Positions 40,225 to 52,642 of a stretch of 64,000 bases of DNA are shown here, piece by piece. A program made the position numbers and the translations under genes. The notes beneath the pieces are model-generated. The model was not told where the DNA came from, did no database searches, and saw only the letters and a program-made list of their open reading frames with translations. The stretch is from Owenia fusiformis. Taxonomy: Eukaryota. Positions within the stretch are counted from its first letter, which is position 1, and every line of letters begins with the position of its first letter. The DNA lies in contig CAIIXF020000001.1 of assembly GCA_903813345.2 (NCBI GenBank), forward strand, positions 6,324,001 to 6,388,000. The letters run 5' to 3'.

Positions 40225-41320
40225 GACCCTAGTCACAATCATTTACCACACACAATTTTAAGTGGACACTATAGTCACAATCAGTTGCTACACTCAAGCG
40301 TAGCCATACCCTTGTCACAATCATTCACCACACATAATTGTAAGTGGACACTATAGTCACAATCAGTTTCTGCACTCAAGCGTAGTCAGACCCTTGTCAC
40401 AATCATTTACCACACATAATTGTAAGTGGACACTATAGTCACAATCAGTTGCTGCACTCAAGCATAGCCATACCCTTGTCACAATCAGTTGCTACATTCA
40501 AATGTAGCCATATCCCTGTCATAATCATTTGCCACACACACTTGTAATTGGACACTAAAGTCACAATCAGTTGCTACACTCAAGTGTAGTCAGACCCTAG
40601 TCACAATCATTTACCACACATAATTATAAGTAGACACTAAAGTCACAATCAGTTGCTACACTCAAGCGTAGCCATACCCTAGTCACAATCATTTACCACA
40701 CATAATTATAAGTAGACACTATAGTCACAATCAGTTGCTACACTCAAGCGTAGCCATACCCCTGTCACAATCATTTGCCACACACAATTGTATGTGGACA
40801 CTATAGTCACAATCAGTTGCTACACTCAAGCGTAGCCATACCCCTGTCACAATCATTTGCCACACACAATTGTATGTGGACACTATAGTCACAATCAGTT
40901 GCTGCACTCAAGCAAACCTATATCCTCGTCACAATCATTTATCACACACAATTGGAAGTGGATACTATAGTCACAATCAGTTGCTGCACTCACTGCACTC
41001 AAGCGTAGTCATACCCTAGTCACAATCATTTATCACACACAATTGTAAGTGGATACTATAGTCACAATCAGTTGATGCACTCAAGCGTAGCCATACCCTT
41101 GTCACAATCATTTATCACACACACTTGTAAGTGGACACTGTAGTCATAATCAATTGCTGCACTCAAGCGTAGCCATACCATTGTCACGATCATTTATTAC
41201 ACACAATTGTAAGTGGACACTATAGTCACAATCAATTGCTACACTCAAGCGTAGCCATACCATTGTCACGATCATTTATCACACACACTTGTAAGTGGAC
41301 ACTGTAGTCACAATCAGTTG
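40225..41320. repeat. Minisatellite with an 82-bp higher-order unit (42 + 40 bp subunits), about 13 dimers
   Basis: GTCACAATCA anchors at 40232, 40274, 40314, 40356...; subunits alternate between ...tttaccacacacaattgtaagtggacactata and ...gttgctacactcaagcgtagccataccctt. Confidence 0.95.
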
Positions 41321-42207
41321 GCACCTAATGGCTATATTCATTGAAAGTAGATTCATGTCACATTCAGTTTACGACAGACTACAGTTGCGACTAGCACCAT
41401 CAATTCAATGGTTGGCAGACTCTGCTCACTTTCAGTCTTAAAATGTTGGAGTCTTAAATGCAATTAATAGTAGTTTTTGAATTTAGATCATTAAATATAA
41501 AATATTATTTTCGTCCTCAAAAATAACTTGAACGTAACAGATGTCTAATAAACGTTCTAAAAGGATAGATTTGTTCTTATTAATACTGAACATTTTTATG
41601 TCATTTATAGCTACTTTTTATTTTATTTTGTCAATGTAGTGAGATGGACGTCCTTGGTTTCGGCTAACTGTTTTTGTCCCAGACACTAATTCACTATACA
41701 GTATACCACAAAGTATAATATCCATGTGGGATTATGCATTTTTGGTCCAAGGGTATTTCACATCTTTCCATTATCTGGGCGTAAAGATACAGATCGCATT
41801 TGGGGCGGATGAGAAGTGATAAGTTAAATTGGTGCAATCGGAAAATACAATGTAAAAACACGACAGCTTTAATTTTAAAAAAACAATCGTAATAAATAAA
41901 ATATTAAAGGCTAACGTAATTATTAGATTCATGTTACAATATGTAAGTATTTCGAATACATGAAACATGAAAATGTTCCAGTAAAATTACAATCGCATCA
42001 TGTTCTTATATTTACCGACGAATTAGTAAATCATACTGCATGTATTTACACAGGTTGTTGTATTGTATGAAAACAGTTTGAACAATTTTCACAAAATTCG
42101 AACTACTCTATTCAAAGTGAACAAAGGTTCCAATATGCAGGAACGTTTTAAATTCAGTATCTGCAACATTGACAGTGCTTTTGTAACAAAATGTTGAAAA
42201 TGTATGT

Positions 42208-42362
42208 AGTAAAACCTGCTTTTATTGAATAGTTTTGGCTGAGAAAAAAACGTCTTGGTAGGTGTTCACTACAGGCCAATTTATTCAGAAGTCAGTAGAG
42301 TGTGTCCACTAGAGACAGCTGTTCACTAGAGAGAGGTGTTCACTTCGACGGGTTTTACTGTA
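42208..42362. mobile_element. Short Tc1/pogo-like MITE remnant
   Basis: AGTAAAACC...GGTTTTACTGTA with internal GTGTTCACTA repeats. Confidence 0.5.
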
Positions 42363-44439
42363 TAAATCACATTTGGCTACAATTTTTAGTTTAGTTCAAT
42401 TAGCTAAATTAGCTCTAAGCCACAATAAAATGGTATATCTTCATAAATAAACTTAAATATAAACGACAGTACGGAATATTCAAATACTGTTGGGTCGTAC
42501 AAGTTCTAAAATTAATTATTTTTCTACCATTTTGAGAACATATTGGCCATTTGTTACTGAATTTACGTAAAATCAATGTTTTACATCACAGTTTAGTAAT
42601 TAAGTAGTTAATGCATGGATACTTTACTCATGATCAATATAGTATGAGGATAAAACCTGGATTTAATTCCCCTCTACTCTGACACTACCCTCTGCGCAGA
42701 GTCTAGTTACAAGACGATGCTTTCTTTTAAGAAACGAAGTCGAACGAATGCAAATGCTCAGAACAACCCATTTGTCCAAATCACTTCTGTGATGAAGATC
42801 TGAGTGGTCAAATCAAATGTATATTTCTCGCATTAAGTGCCATTGACTTGTTCCACGTTTAAGTTTTACTTTTTGTGATATAATGTTATTGTAATGTATA
42901 TTTCTAAAATAAATCAATCACTATATTTATTAAAGCAATAGCATGAACAATGAAGGTATTTGTTTATTTATTTAGAGACAGTTTCGAACGTCCATAAGTT
43001 AATATTTTATATAAAGTATATCATTTTGTTTAGAGAAAAGATATTATAAATCCAGCAATGCAGTGCGATTCATTTTAGAAGTTTACTCACAACGAGAAAC
43101 ACTATATAATAAACATCAATACGACGAGATAATAGATTTATTATCCAAATTGAATAATAACTGATAAGATCAAGTACTGTTGAATAACATTCTGTCCGGG
43201 ATTTGTTATTAATCATATAGAAATGTCTTATCCGAACAGCAGCTTACGTATTATCCGTTGCGGCCATTAACAATTTTACATATCTAATTAGCTAAGTAAA
43301 TAAACATGCGTCGACACAGTCGCAGTTGACTATGAAAAGTTCAATCATCAATCTTATTTTTATTTTCTTGATTTAAAGATTTATTATGTTTAAAAAAGAA
43401 AATGTTTGATTTTTAAGTTCAACCTTTAATTCTTATTATCAAGAACGCGCCAACCATGTACATTGTTTGCAGTCTGCGCAAGTTAATGTAAATTATTGTA
43501 TATTTTTCGATATACTGTAATACTATTCATTATTTGTAAAATTGAACCGAATATAATCTAAAATTAATCAGCTTTAAATACATTATATGTCATAAAAGTT
43601 GCCTTAAAACAATACATTTCGTGCGTTTGTAAATGCTCTAAAGCCCCTCTAGTATATGAACGAATCCTAAATAGAAATGAGTAAAATTCGTTCTCATTAG
43701 TGTGTACACGTCCTACATCGAGACTTCTCCTTTAAATCAAATCAGTCCACAAGTATGAGTTAAGAATGGACAGAGGGACGGATGGCTTCATTCATTCATT
43801 CAATGGGATAATTAAGATATTTCAAAACCAGTGTCATTCTTCTGTCTATGCGAGGATATAGGTCCATGATCACTCCAATCATAACATAAAACAAGCTGTT
43901 TATTTTAAAACTATTCTTTACGAATTAATGATAAGTGTATAATGTTCAATCATACAAATCGCAGTCAGTGATTGTTCTCCACACTCACCCCTCCCCCTTC
44001 CTGACATGAACTATTTTGTAAAACCATTGACAGTGTGGAAAGGATTCTTACACTCGAGTGTCAAGGGGGGGGGGGCAGTTACAGAAATATACAAGGCGAT
44101 GGTTCAAATTGGACAATTTTCAAAACTGCTCAACATGGTGAAAACTTCACGTTTTTAAAGAATGCTTGCCCGGCGAGTGGTTTGCTCTGGACTGCGAAAG
44201 AACAAAAACTTTGAGTTAGGATTTTTCCTAATACTATCATTAATCTAAACAACTTTTTAAACCGTCTCTGACTACATATCATGCCAATTAATACCATTAT
44301 TGTGTTGACAGGATTAAATATGATATTTATGGAATTATAATTTAATGAACTCAATAGTCTAAATGATAATAAGTTCATAATTTTATTTAGTCTTGGCTGA
44401 CTAGTCTTGCATCATCAGAGTTTGATTGCAAATACCTTC

Positions 44440-44730
44440 CTAAATCAAATATTTAAAATTTACAAATTTACTTGTGTACGGGGTGGGGAAACAAGTCTCC
44501 ATCCAACCACTAAAGTTTAAAAGGAAGACTATAGTGTCCCGTGAATTCATTATAATTATCTTAGACAATAGTGAAGCGGTACAATCATTGGAGTGTTAAT
44601 TAATCGGAATGCAAGTTTGATTTAAAATAACTCCTTTGGATCAAATATTTAAATTCTACTAGAATGCGGGAGGTGGAAACAAGTCTCCATTCAAGCACTA
44701 AATATCAAAAGAAAGATTTCAGTACCCCTT
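44440..44730. repeat. Diverged direct duplication (about 195-bp spacing)
   Basis: TCAAATATTTAAA..GGAAACAAGTCTCCAT..CACTAAA..AAGA occurs twice. Confidence 0.6.
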
Positions 44731-46788
44731 AACTTCACTCCCGGACTTCACTATTCACCACCACCCCTCCCCCTTCCCCAAGTATCCCTTATGACCCCAG
44801 AATGTTCGTTTCTGTGCCCCCCCCCTGTCCATGGCCAGTAAGTAATCTATGTGTATATTGGCTCCCTCCCAAATGTGGGAAAACCAGATGCAGGCATAGA
44901 CATTGACAAGGTGAGGGGATTTAAATATAAAAATAGTCTTGTTTTTGGCTCCGACTTATATATTTTGGCACTGTTTAACGAAGCCGGTTTAAGCAATGAG
45001 AGGCAGAAATAATTCCTAGAAATAAGATGGCCTCATCACGATAGCCGCCACCCCTTTGTCTTTATCCTTCCACAAGCTTGAATAACAAATAAAAGGCATG
45101 TTCTTATTTCTGTATTCTGTCCTTTGATTGTGTATTAAGTTGAGCTGCACGCCAAACGTTAAGTTTGTTAAAACGCTTAAAATAAAACTTTATTCCTCTC
45201 AATTTACATAAAAATGAAACAGATTAGATTCGAATCTCAGTCACACCAGCACCACTGGTCAAAGGAAGTACAAATATCTATATTAATCAAATGTCTGAGA
45301 ATTTGATAACTGTCTAGGATCCAATGTTAATTTTATGAAGCAAACTAAGAAAAGTATAAAGATGAATTTAAACGTTTAGAGGGAAAAGTCAAATATGCAT
45401 TGTAACCCTAAAAATAATTCATTAAAGTGTCGTACACATTTTATAACATTTATATAAATAAAACAAATAAAGCACAACCCTAATGCCCTATAATGAATTC
45501 ATATCGGCGCTAAACGGCCCTTGCAATAAAAACGCATCGAAGCAGGGAATGCTTGGAAAATTCTTCCGAGACTGACTTTTGTTATTTCAAAATTGAAATA
45601 TGCCTAATTTCTATGAACACGCGATCTTTTTCCCTGGGTTTTACTCTATTTTAGATTTACTAGAAAAATGTTTATCTGATGATTGCGTTTGCTTCTCACG
45701 AGTTCATTGAAACGTTCAGTCGTAAAACTTTAGAGATCAAAAGACTAATTAGGCACCTGATTGCGAAAGTTTGATTGCATTTCGATCGCCGGGATTCTAC
45801 AAACGTATTGTTTAAGTAGCGATCGTGTTCTTGGGATCTTGATAACTTCCTATTTTAAGTTTTGGGTTGAAAGCAATGAGTATGTCGGACTTTCTCAAGT
45901 CCACATAATGAAACAATATCCCTTTATATTAGTCCAATCGGAATTTGCATAAACATACCAGTTTTATATTGCAAAAAGAACTGTAATTAATAGGCTACAT
46001 AGAAGCATCATGATAAATAAAACATTAAAGCATATATAAAGCCTATTGTTATCGCACCCATCGCACCCCCCCCCCCTCCTGGCTACGCCTATGGATATTT
46101 TGGCAACTTTCACATTTACCCCGTCCCCTAATAATTCTTGCGCCCCCTCTAAATATCAGACCCGCCAGGCGTTGAGGCATGGATCAGGATACCCTGACTC
46201 CCAAGCTGTGCGACTTCTGGCAACCGCTACACGATATTCCCGGGGAAAACGCTTTTAGAAAAATTGTCAAATATAGTCGTGTGTGGGCCAACACGGAGGA
46301 GGAGGAGAGGGGTGTGTGCATTGTGTGGGACCCTTCATCAGTTGTGTACCTTATTTTTTGTATGAATTTCTTCCGAATAGTTATGCTAGAGGGGTTCTGA
46401 TATTTATTTCTGTTTTCAAATGAAATAATTTCACCCTTGCCCGACTGACTTGTAGATAATGCACGAATCAAATAGCATGGAGATCAGATAATCAGATTGA
46501 TTCGTATTTTCGCAATCAGATGAATTAACTTATTGTTTTCTCTGATTAAAAGGCGGTTTGAAGCTACTTTTACAGGATTTGTAAATTCGCAATCAGACTG
46601 GCTTATTTTAATATTTAGTCAGTGCAAGAGGAGGGGACTATAATGTAGAAAATTGTTTTGATTTCGACACTAACTGAATAATTTATCACAATTGTTAAAT
46701 AAGCAAACAGAAACAGGTTTAAAAATGAGAATAGAGGCAAAAAAGTCTATACATAAAATGTAATTAAAACCCCGGATTAAAACCCGGG

Positions 46789-47465
46789 AATTAAAAGCAA
46801 TTTTAGACTGTTAGATGATCTCTTCTGTAATCAAGGTGATGTTGGTACACTTCCGCCGTTAGAAAAACAAAGACTAAGACAAAGACTATATAGTAATCAA
46901 TCCTTTTGTAATCATTAAATGTTAGATTCTTATTATTTTGTTGGACAATGTTCAGACTTCTGACCAAGATTAAATCATTTATGTTTGTATTTAAAAAATA
47001 GAATTTCAATCAGACAGACGTTCTAATGAGTTAGAAAAATACATTTGTCCATTTCCTCTCAAGAAGTTTTCAAAGGTAATCAAGTCGATTTGTTTGAGTG
47101 TTTAGCATTGTTTTTCATAACTTGACGCTCCCATAAACAGAATGACTTTGAAATGAGTTTTTATAATTTTAGCTTTTATACGGACATGCTTATTGTATAT
47201 TTCTATATGAACGTTGTAGTTATGTGATGTAACATCGCCCCCCCCCCCAAATTACAGGTATACAAATTTTGGTCGGAATGCATTAACTTGCAATTAAAAG
47301 CAATTTTAGACTGTTAGATGATCTCTTATGTAATCTAGGTTATGTTGGTACACTTCCGCATTTAAGAAAACAAAGACTAAAACAAAGAGAACTAAGCAAT
47401 TAATCCTTTTGTTATCATTAAATGTTAGATTCTTATTTTTTTATTGGACAATATTAAGACTTCTG
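46789..47465. repeat. Direct duplication of about 175 bp, copies about 500 bp apart
   Basis: 46789-~46962 versus 47292-~47465 (AATTAAAAGCAATTTTAGACTGTTAGATGATCTCTT...). Confidence 0.85.
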
Positions 47466-47887
47466 TCTCCGATTGTTATGCAGGTATGTGTATAAAATTA
47501 TGTGAACAACATTATCGTGGAAACTCCCATATTCATTCTCATAATGTCTTACAGCTATTTCGCAAATGACATAATCCTAAACAACATACGGACATAATAT
47601 TGCAGAACTGAGCGAAAAGAAAGGTGGAACAAATCAGATTGAGATATTTTATTTTTGAAATGCACAAAGGGCAACAGTTGAAGAACAAAAGTTAAAGGCG
47701 TTGTGAAATAGATCGTGCTTTTATATGATCCCCTTCTATAGTACCCTACCCTTTGCATTTGTTCAACTTCACTTCTTAAATGAGAGTTTCGTCTTCTCGT
47801 AGTTTATAATTAGACTCTGCACGCAGCGTGATAGTGCCCCTATTATCCATGTTCATGTTCTCATTTGATTTTTCATCAGTTATGACT

Positions 47888-48017
47888 TGGTAACATTTGC
47901 TCCGATTTTCATTACGGCGCCCGGCCGATTGAGTATTTTGTTCAGAATTGAATACAATTTTGAACAAAATACTCATCGGCCGGGCGCCGGTGCTGAAAAT
48001 CTGAGCAAATGTGACCA
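47888..48017. mobile_element. Palindromic MITE / 130-bp hairpin
   Basis: Arms of about 63 bp around an AATA loop with few mismatches; GC-rich core GGCGCCCGGCCGAT / ATCGGCCGGGCGCC. Confidence 0.8.
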
Positions 48018-48949
48018 CGGCATTATAAAAGCATACTCTTTAATACACGAACAGATTCAAAATGAGACTTTATCTATCAGAGAAATGAAAATGGAAAATT
48101 TGTATTCTGAAAATATTAACTGATGCATTGGTCGGAAACCTCAAGGGGCGGGAAATTTGATTAAACAAAACGCCGGATTAATATGTGGACAACTTGCAAA
48201 TGAAATGTAAGTAACATGACAGAACGAGTATGTACGCCCAATAGTCATCATCATATCAGTGCGAAAAATTAGCTATATTTTTTTTCTATGCGATATACAC
48301 CTGATATTGATAGCCTTCCACGATCATGGTCCGTTGACATCATCAACCTTGTGATTTGCCATAAGTGATTAACCAACATTTTTTAATTAAAAGTCGGGGT
48401 TGACGTTTCTTGACTTTTCACACTGACATCAAAACAAAACATAATTTGAAAATAAAAGGCATAAAATAGCCATTAAAAGTACATTTTTGAACAAAAGTAT
48501 CAACTTATATTACACTGCACGCAAATACAAAGTGAAAAGAACGTCATCCCGGAGATTGAAATACGGATCGGTAAGTCAACAAATCTAACTGGTAAATAAA
48601 CAAGCTTAGCCTATGTCTGCGATTGTTTGTCTGAGTGGCTAGATGTTATCCGTTTCGGATAATAAATTTCTGAGAATACTACTGATATCTAGAATACATC
48701 TTCCGTGATATTTTTCATAAAACAGGCATCTTAGCTGCAATTTTGAATAAAAGCGTAATTCATAGCACAATATAAATTAACCCGCCTCTGTTTAATTCAA
48801 ATATGCATTACCCTTAAGATTTATATACTTAGACACCTTTTCATTCTTGATTCGAATTTTTATCTTGTCGTCATCTAAATTTGTGGATTAATAACAGTTT
48901 TTAGTATACAAATTGAACATAGAAAATGTAGGGTATTGATTACACGTTA

Positions 48950-49202
48950 CAGTGGCGTAGCCAGCTTTCAGTCGGGGGGAGGGGGGGGGGGGCTTGGTGC
49001 GATCGTGGCATAAAAAATGTTTTTGAAGATTTGTTTTGAATTTTACAAAAATTGGTGCAACTTCGTTCAAAATTGAGCTAGAAGCTTCAAATAAAAAGCA
49101 TTTTAAGACTTTTTTCTTCTATCTAATGGTTCTATTTTCATTGGTTATGGAGGGGGGGGGGGGTGCGATCGCACCCATCGCATCCCCCTGGCTACGCCTA
49201 TG
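48950..49202. mobile_element. MITE with CAGTGGCGTAGCCAG / CTGGCTACGCCTATG termini
   Basis: Terminal inverted repeats and G-runs; the right end also occurs at about 46053-46093. Confidence 0.7.
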
Positions 49203-50614
49203 CGCTATATTAATATAACAAGGTTATCATATCATGCCAATAGTTAGATGGTTAACTAATATCAACACAAAATAATAATACACGATAATTAAAAAAATAA
49301 ACCTCGGTATTCGGGCCTAAAATCCAAGGATACGTGTACCATTACTTAAGTGTAAGCTGCAATACCATATCGAATACCTGTACCATTACTCAATAATAAC
49401 CACTAGTAAGACCATAATAACAAGCTTAATAACTAGCTTATCCGAAGTTATTCCATACGATTTTGTCTTGTGACTTGAAATCAATGATACGTGATTTTGG
49501 GCTTGTATTCTTACATGATATGTATAAAAATGGCGAGAACATTATACATGACATGGCTGGAAATTAAAACGTTTAAAAAGATATTGAGACACACAATCAA
49601 CTAATCTGTCAACAATTGCGTGTCAAATAACTTATTTCCTAAATCAAGCCTGCTTTGAAAAGAACTTATGAGACATGATAATAAAAATATGGATGATAAA
49701 TAATGATAAAAATATGGATGATAAATTCTCAAATTTTGGGCAAGTTTACCAATCTAGATTTTCAGGAGGCATGTGAGAATCAAAGTTTGCTGCTTGTCAG
49801 TATTACTGATACAAGTGCCTGTTGGTGAAGGGTGTTTTAGGTGCATAAATCAATGAAAATTCGTTGATAAATTACATACAAAATACATTATAATTACTCG
49901 ATGAGTTGTCTATTCCATAATTATGTACACCATGCAAAATGTTATACAAACAGAACAAAATAACTCTGTGTGAGTTATCAGTGCAATTATGGAACCTTTG
50001 TTAAATTCTCAAACACATCGTCTGCCCCACCCACCCAAGCTTCGCATTTCGAGGGGCCTGTCAGTCACCCAAGCTACATAGTAGGTCAACTTGCCGCCAT
50101 TGAGACGGCATTTTCACCTAAGAAAATATTTACATTACTAAATCAATACGACTCAATAGATTCTTTTGTACCAACGTCTTCAGATATATTCAACATTATA
50201 ATGAAGAGTGTTTTACTTTGCTTCACAATTGGGAGGATTATATGTCAAAATTAACGTGCAGAATCAATTGTTAAATAGAAATGAATGCGTCGAAAAGCAA
50301 ATCCCTTGTGGCTGTTATTCCCCACAATGTAATGTTGTGGTAAAGCAGGTAGGACAAAATGCAGATTAAGGTATCGAGGGGTGTGCTGTGACGTGGCAAT
50401 CAATTGATATGGGTGCTGAGCCATAGCTCGACAATATGTCCAATAGAGACCACACTGATCAATGGATATCTAAACATGGGCATTTGCTCGTAATCTAAAT
50501 ATTCCATTCTTTCCGAACACAAAAGTATTTGTTCCCTAGGGACAATGTGCAACCTGTTTTGTATGGCGATCCCAAGCCAGGGGTCGTAATGTGGTGGACT
50601 CTGTTGCAACTTAC

Positions 50615-52642
50615 CATACCATGCCATCGAAGATGGGACAATCGAACGTTACAACGTTTTTCTTCGGGTCCCAAAAAAGATATTTTATATGAAACACCAG
50701 CCTGAGACAAAAGTCTAAAAGATAACATGATAGTGCATAAAAACAACGATTAACCACATTCAATGCAAAAATGAACGTTAACGTCTGATCTTTGCATCTA
50801 CTTTCTAAAGAATGAATTGTGATTTGTACTTTGAACTATTGCATTCATGAAAGTACCGGCGTTTAGTTTACAGATCTCTCTCACATGGATTTGTTCCTCT
50901 ATGCTATTCATTTGTTCAATAAGGGACGTATCATGTTTCTCATTCATGGACATACACCGTGTATTGACTCACCATCGGTTTGTTTGCTAGCTTCTTACAT
51001 AGCTCTTTCACTATGAATCTCACGTTATCCTGTCGATGTTGTCCAACTCAGCATACATTGGCAATCTACTTTGCCATGTAAGAGCATATTTGAAATAGTT
51101 TGAATTACTCCAGAGCCGTTACTCAGCTGAGATAATCCCTTTTCAACTGACCAATGTGCCAACAAATTAAAGTCCCACCAATTCTATGCCATAGTTTAGT
51201 TGTGTAATATGGAATAAATTATTTGGCACCATTTATCATACGTAATAGTCCATGGTACTATAGCAGAAAAGATCTTTGGTATACCTACCTTCTTATGGTA
51301 ACGTTGAAAGAACGCTGAAGATGACGCTTGGGTGTATCAATCATACATTTCTTTATTTAGCTAAATGCAGTGCTTATCTGCCCCCTCTCTAATGCCGTTC
51401 ACTCTCCAGAGGTTCGTTATACACATTTTGCCGTTTTTGAAAAAGTCATTTTCCAAAGGTTGTCAATTAAAATAAGAACAAACTGAACCAGTGTGGTCCC
51501 GTTCAAACTTTGCAGCACCAGTATCTTCCAAAACATCCCCTTCTGTTGATTAAGATACCCATAAATTGGCAACATATAGCGTAGCTGAGATTGCACCATA
51601 ACTCAGCTATGCCAACATCTTGCCTAGTTTGGGACCGTTTTGGAAGTATTTTGTTTATCAGTTCCATCAAATTTATATTTTAGGAGAGTTCAATCTGCAA
51701 ATTAAAGAAAACAGTCATGCACGTTTCAGTTGAGGTTTATAGAAAACGAACCGAAAAGACCAGGATAAAATGGTATGAATCAGTACCACGAACTCATGAT
51801 TATGAATCAGTCTAATAATGACTTACCATAATATCCTATTATTCTATCTTTTTTCAATTAAATTCACGAAAACCTCGACCAAACACAGTCCTTTGCGTTG
51901 TTAAAGGTTTACACTGACTTTCTTTAAAATATAGTAGAACTTCTTCGGTAAACTTTCGGGTTATCTCACAGTCGAGCCTCAAAGGAGGTACTTCAGTTCT
52001 ATTTTACAATAAACACATGTTTTTTCTCTGCACTTAGGCTGCATACCATTGGCCACTACACCTTATCAAAGGATATGACAACACAAAGATGGATTACAAT
52101 CTAGAAGATCTTGTTAAATACAGTGATGCATCTACACTCAATTTATTGTCATAGGGTTGGGTATGAACTCACATTTAGCGTCAGTGGAGGTCATGTAATT
52201 TTGAATCAGTTGTATATTTAAATCTATTTTAAACAAAGATTCGTGTAGTTTTGAAGGCTATTTAATCGGGGACATGTTTTAGCATAGTGTCAAATGCTGT
52301 TTTTGGTGCAAAGCATCATATCCTAATATGTGTCATTCATGCTTTGAGTATCAATATTAAAAAGGAATTCTGAACCTACTCCTTGGTTTAAGCCACTGTT
52401 TAAGCAGTCGTTCAAAGTTCATGTTTCTCGTGACAGCAGTCCCTCCATCGCTGGCTTGATAAGCAACAATTCCTGTAACTTGTGTAATCTAGTTTTGAAG
52501 AATTCTTAGATCTTGGAAATTAGAAATACTTGGAATGAAACAGTTAATTCGTCAGTCGAAAGTATTATATTAAGAACAAAAATCACTTACTTCTTTTAAT
52601 TTCATTGAGTCTTCATATGTGTAAACGCAACCCTTTTAAATT
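50615..52642 (-). pseudogene. Decayed intron-containing gene of unknown family; exon-like blocks 52591-52642, 52376-52472, 51827-51998, 51289-51694, 50973-51183, 50615-50701
   Basis: Consecutive AG/GT-bounded blocks join in matching phase into a protein-like frame with scattered stops and at least two frameshifts. Confidence 0.55.
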
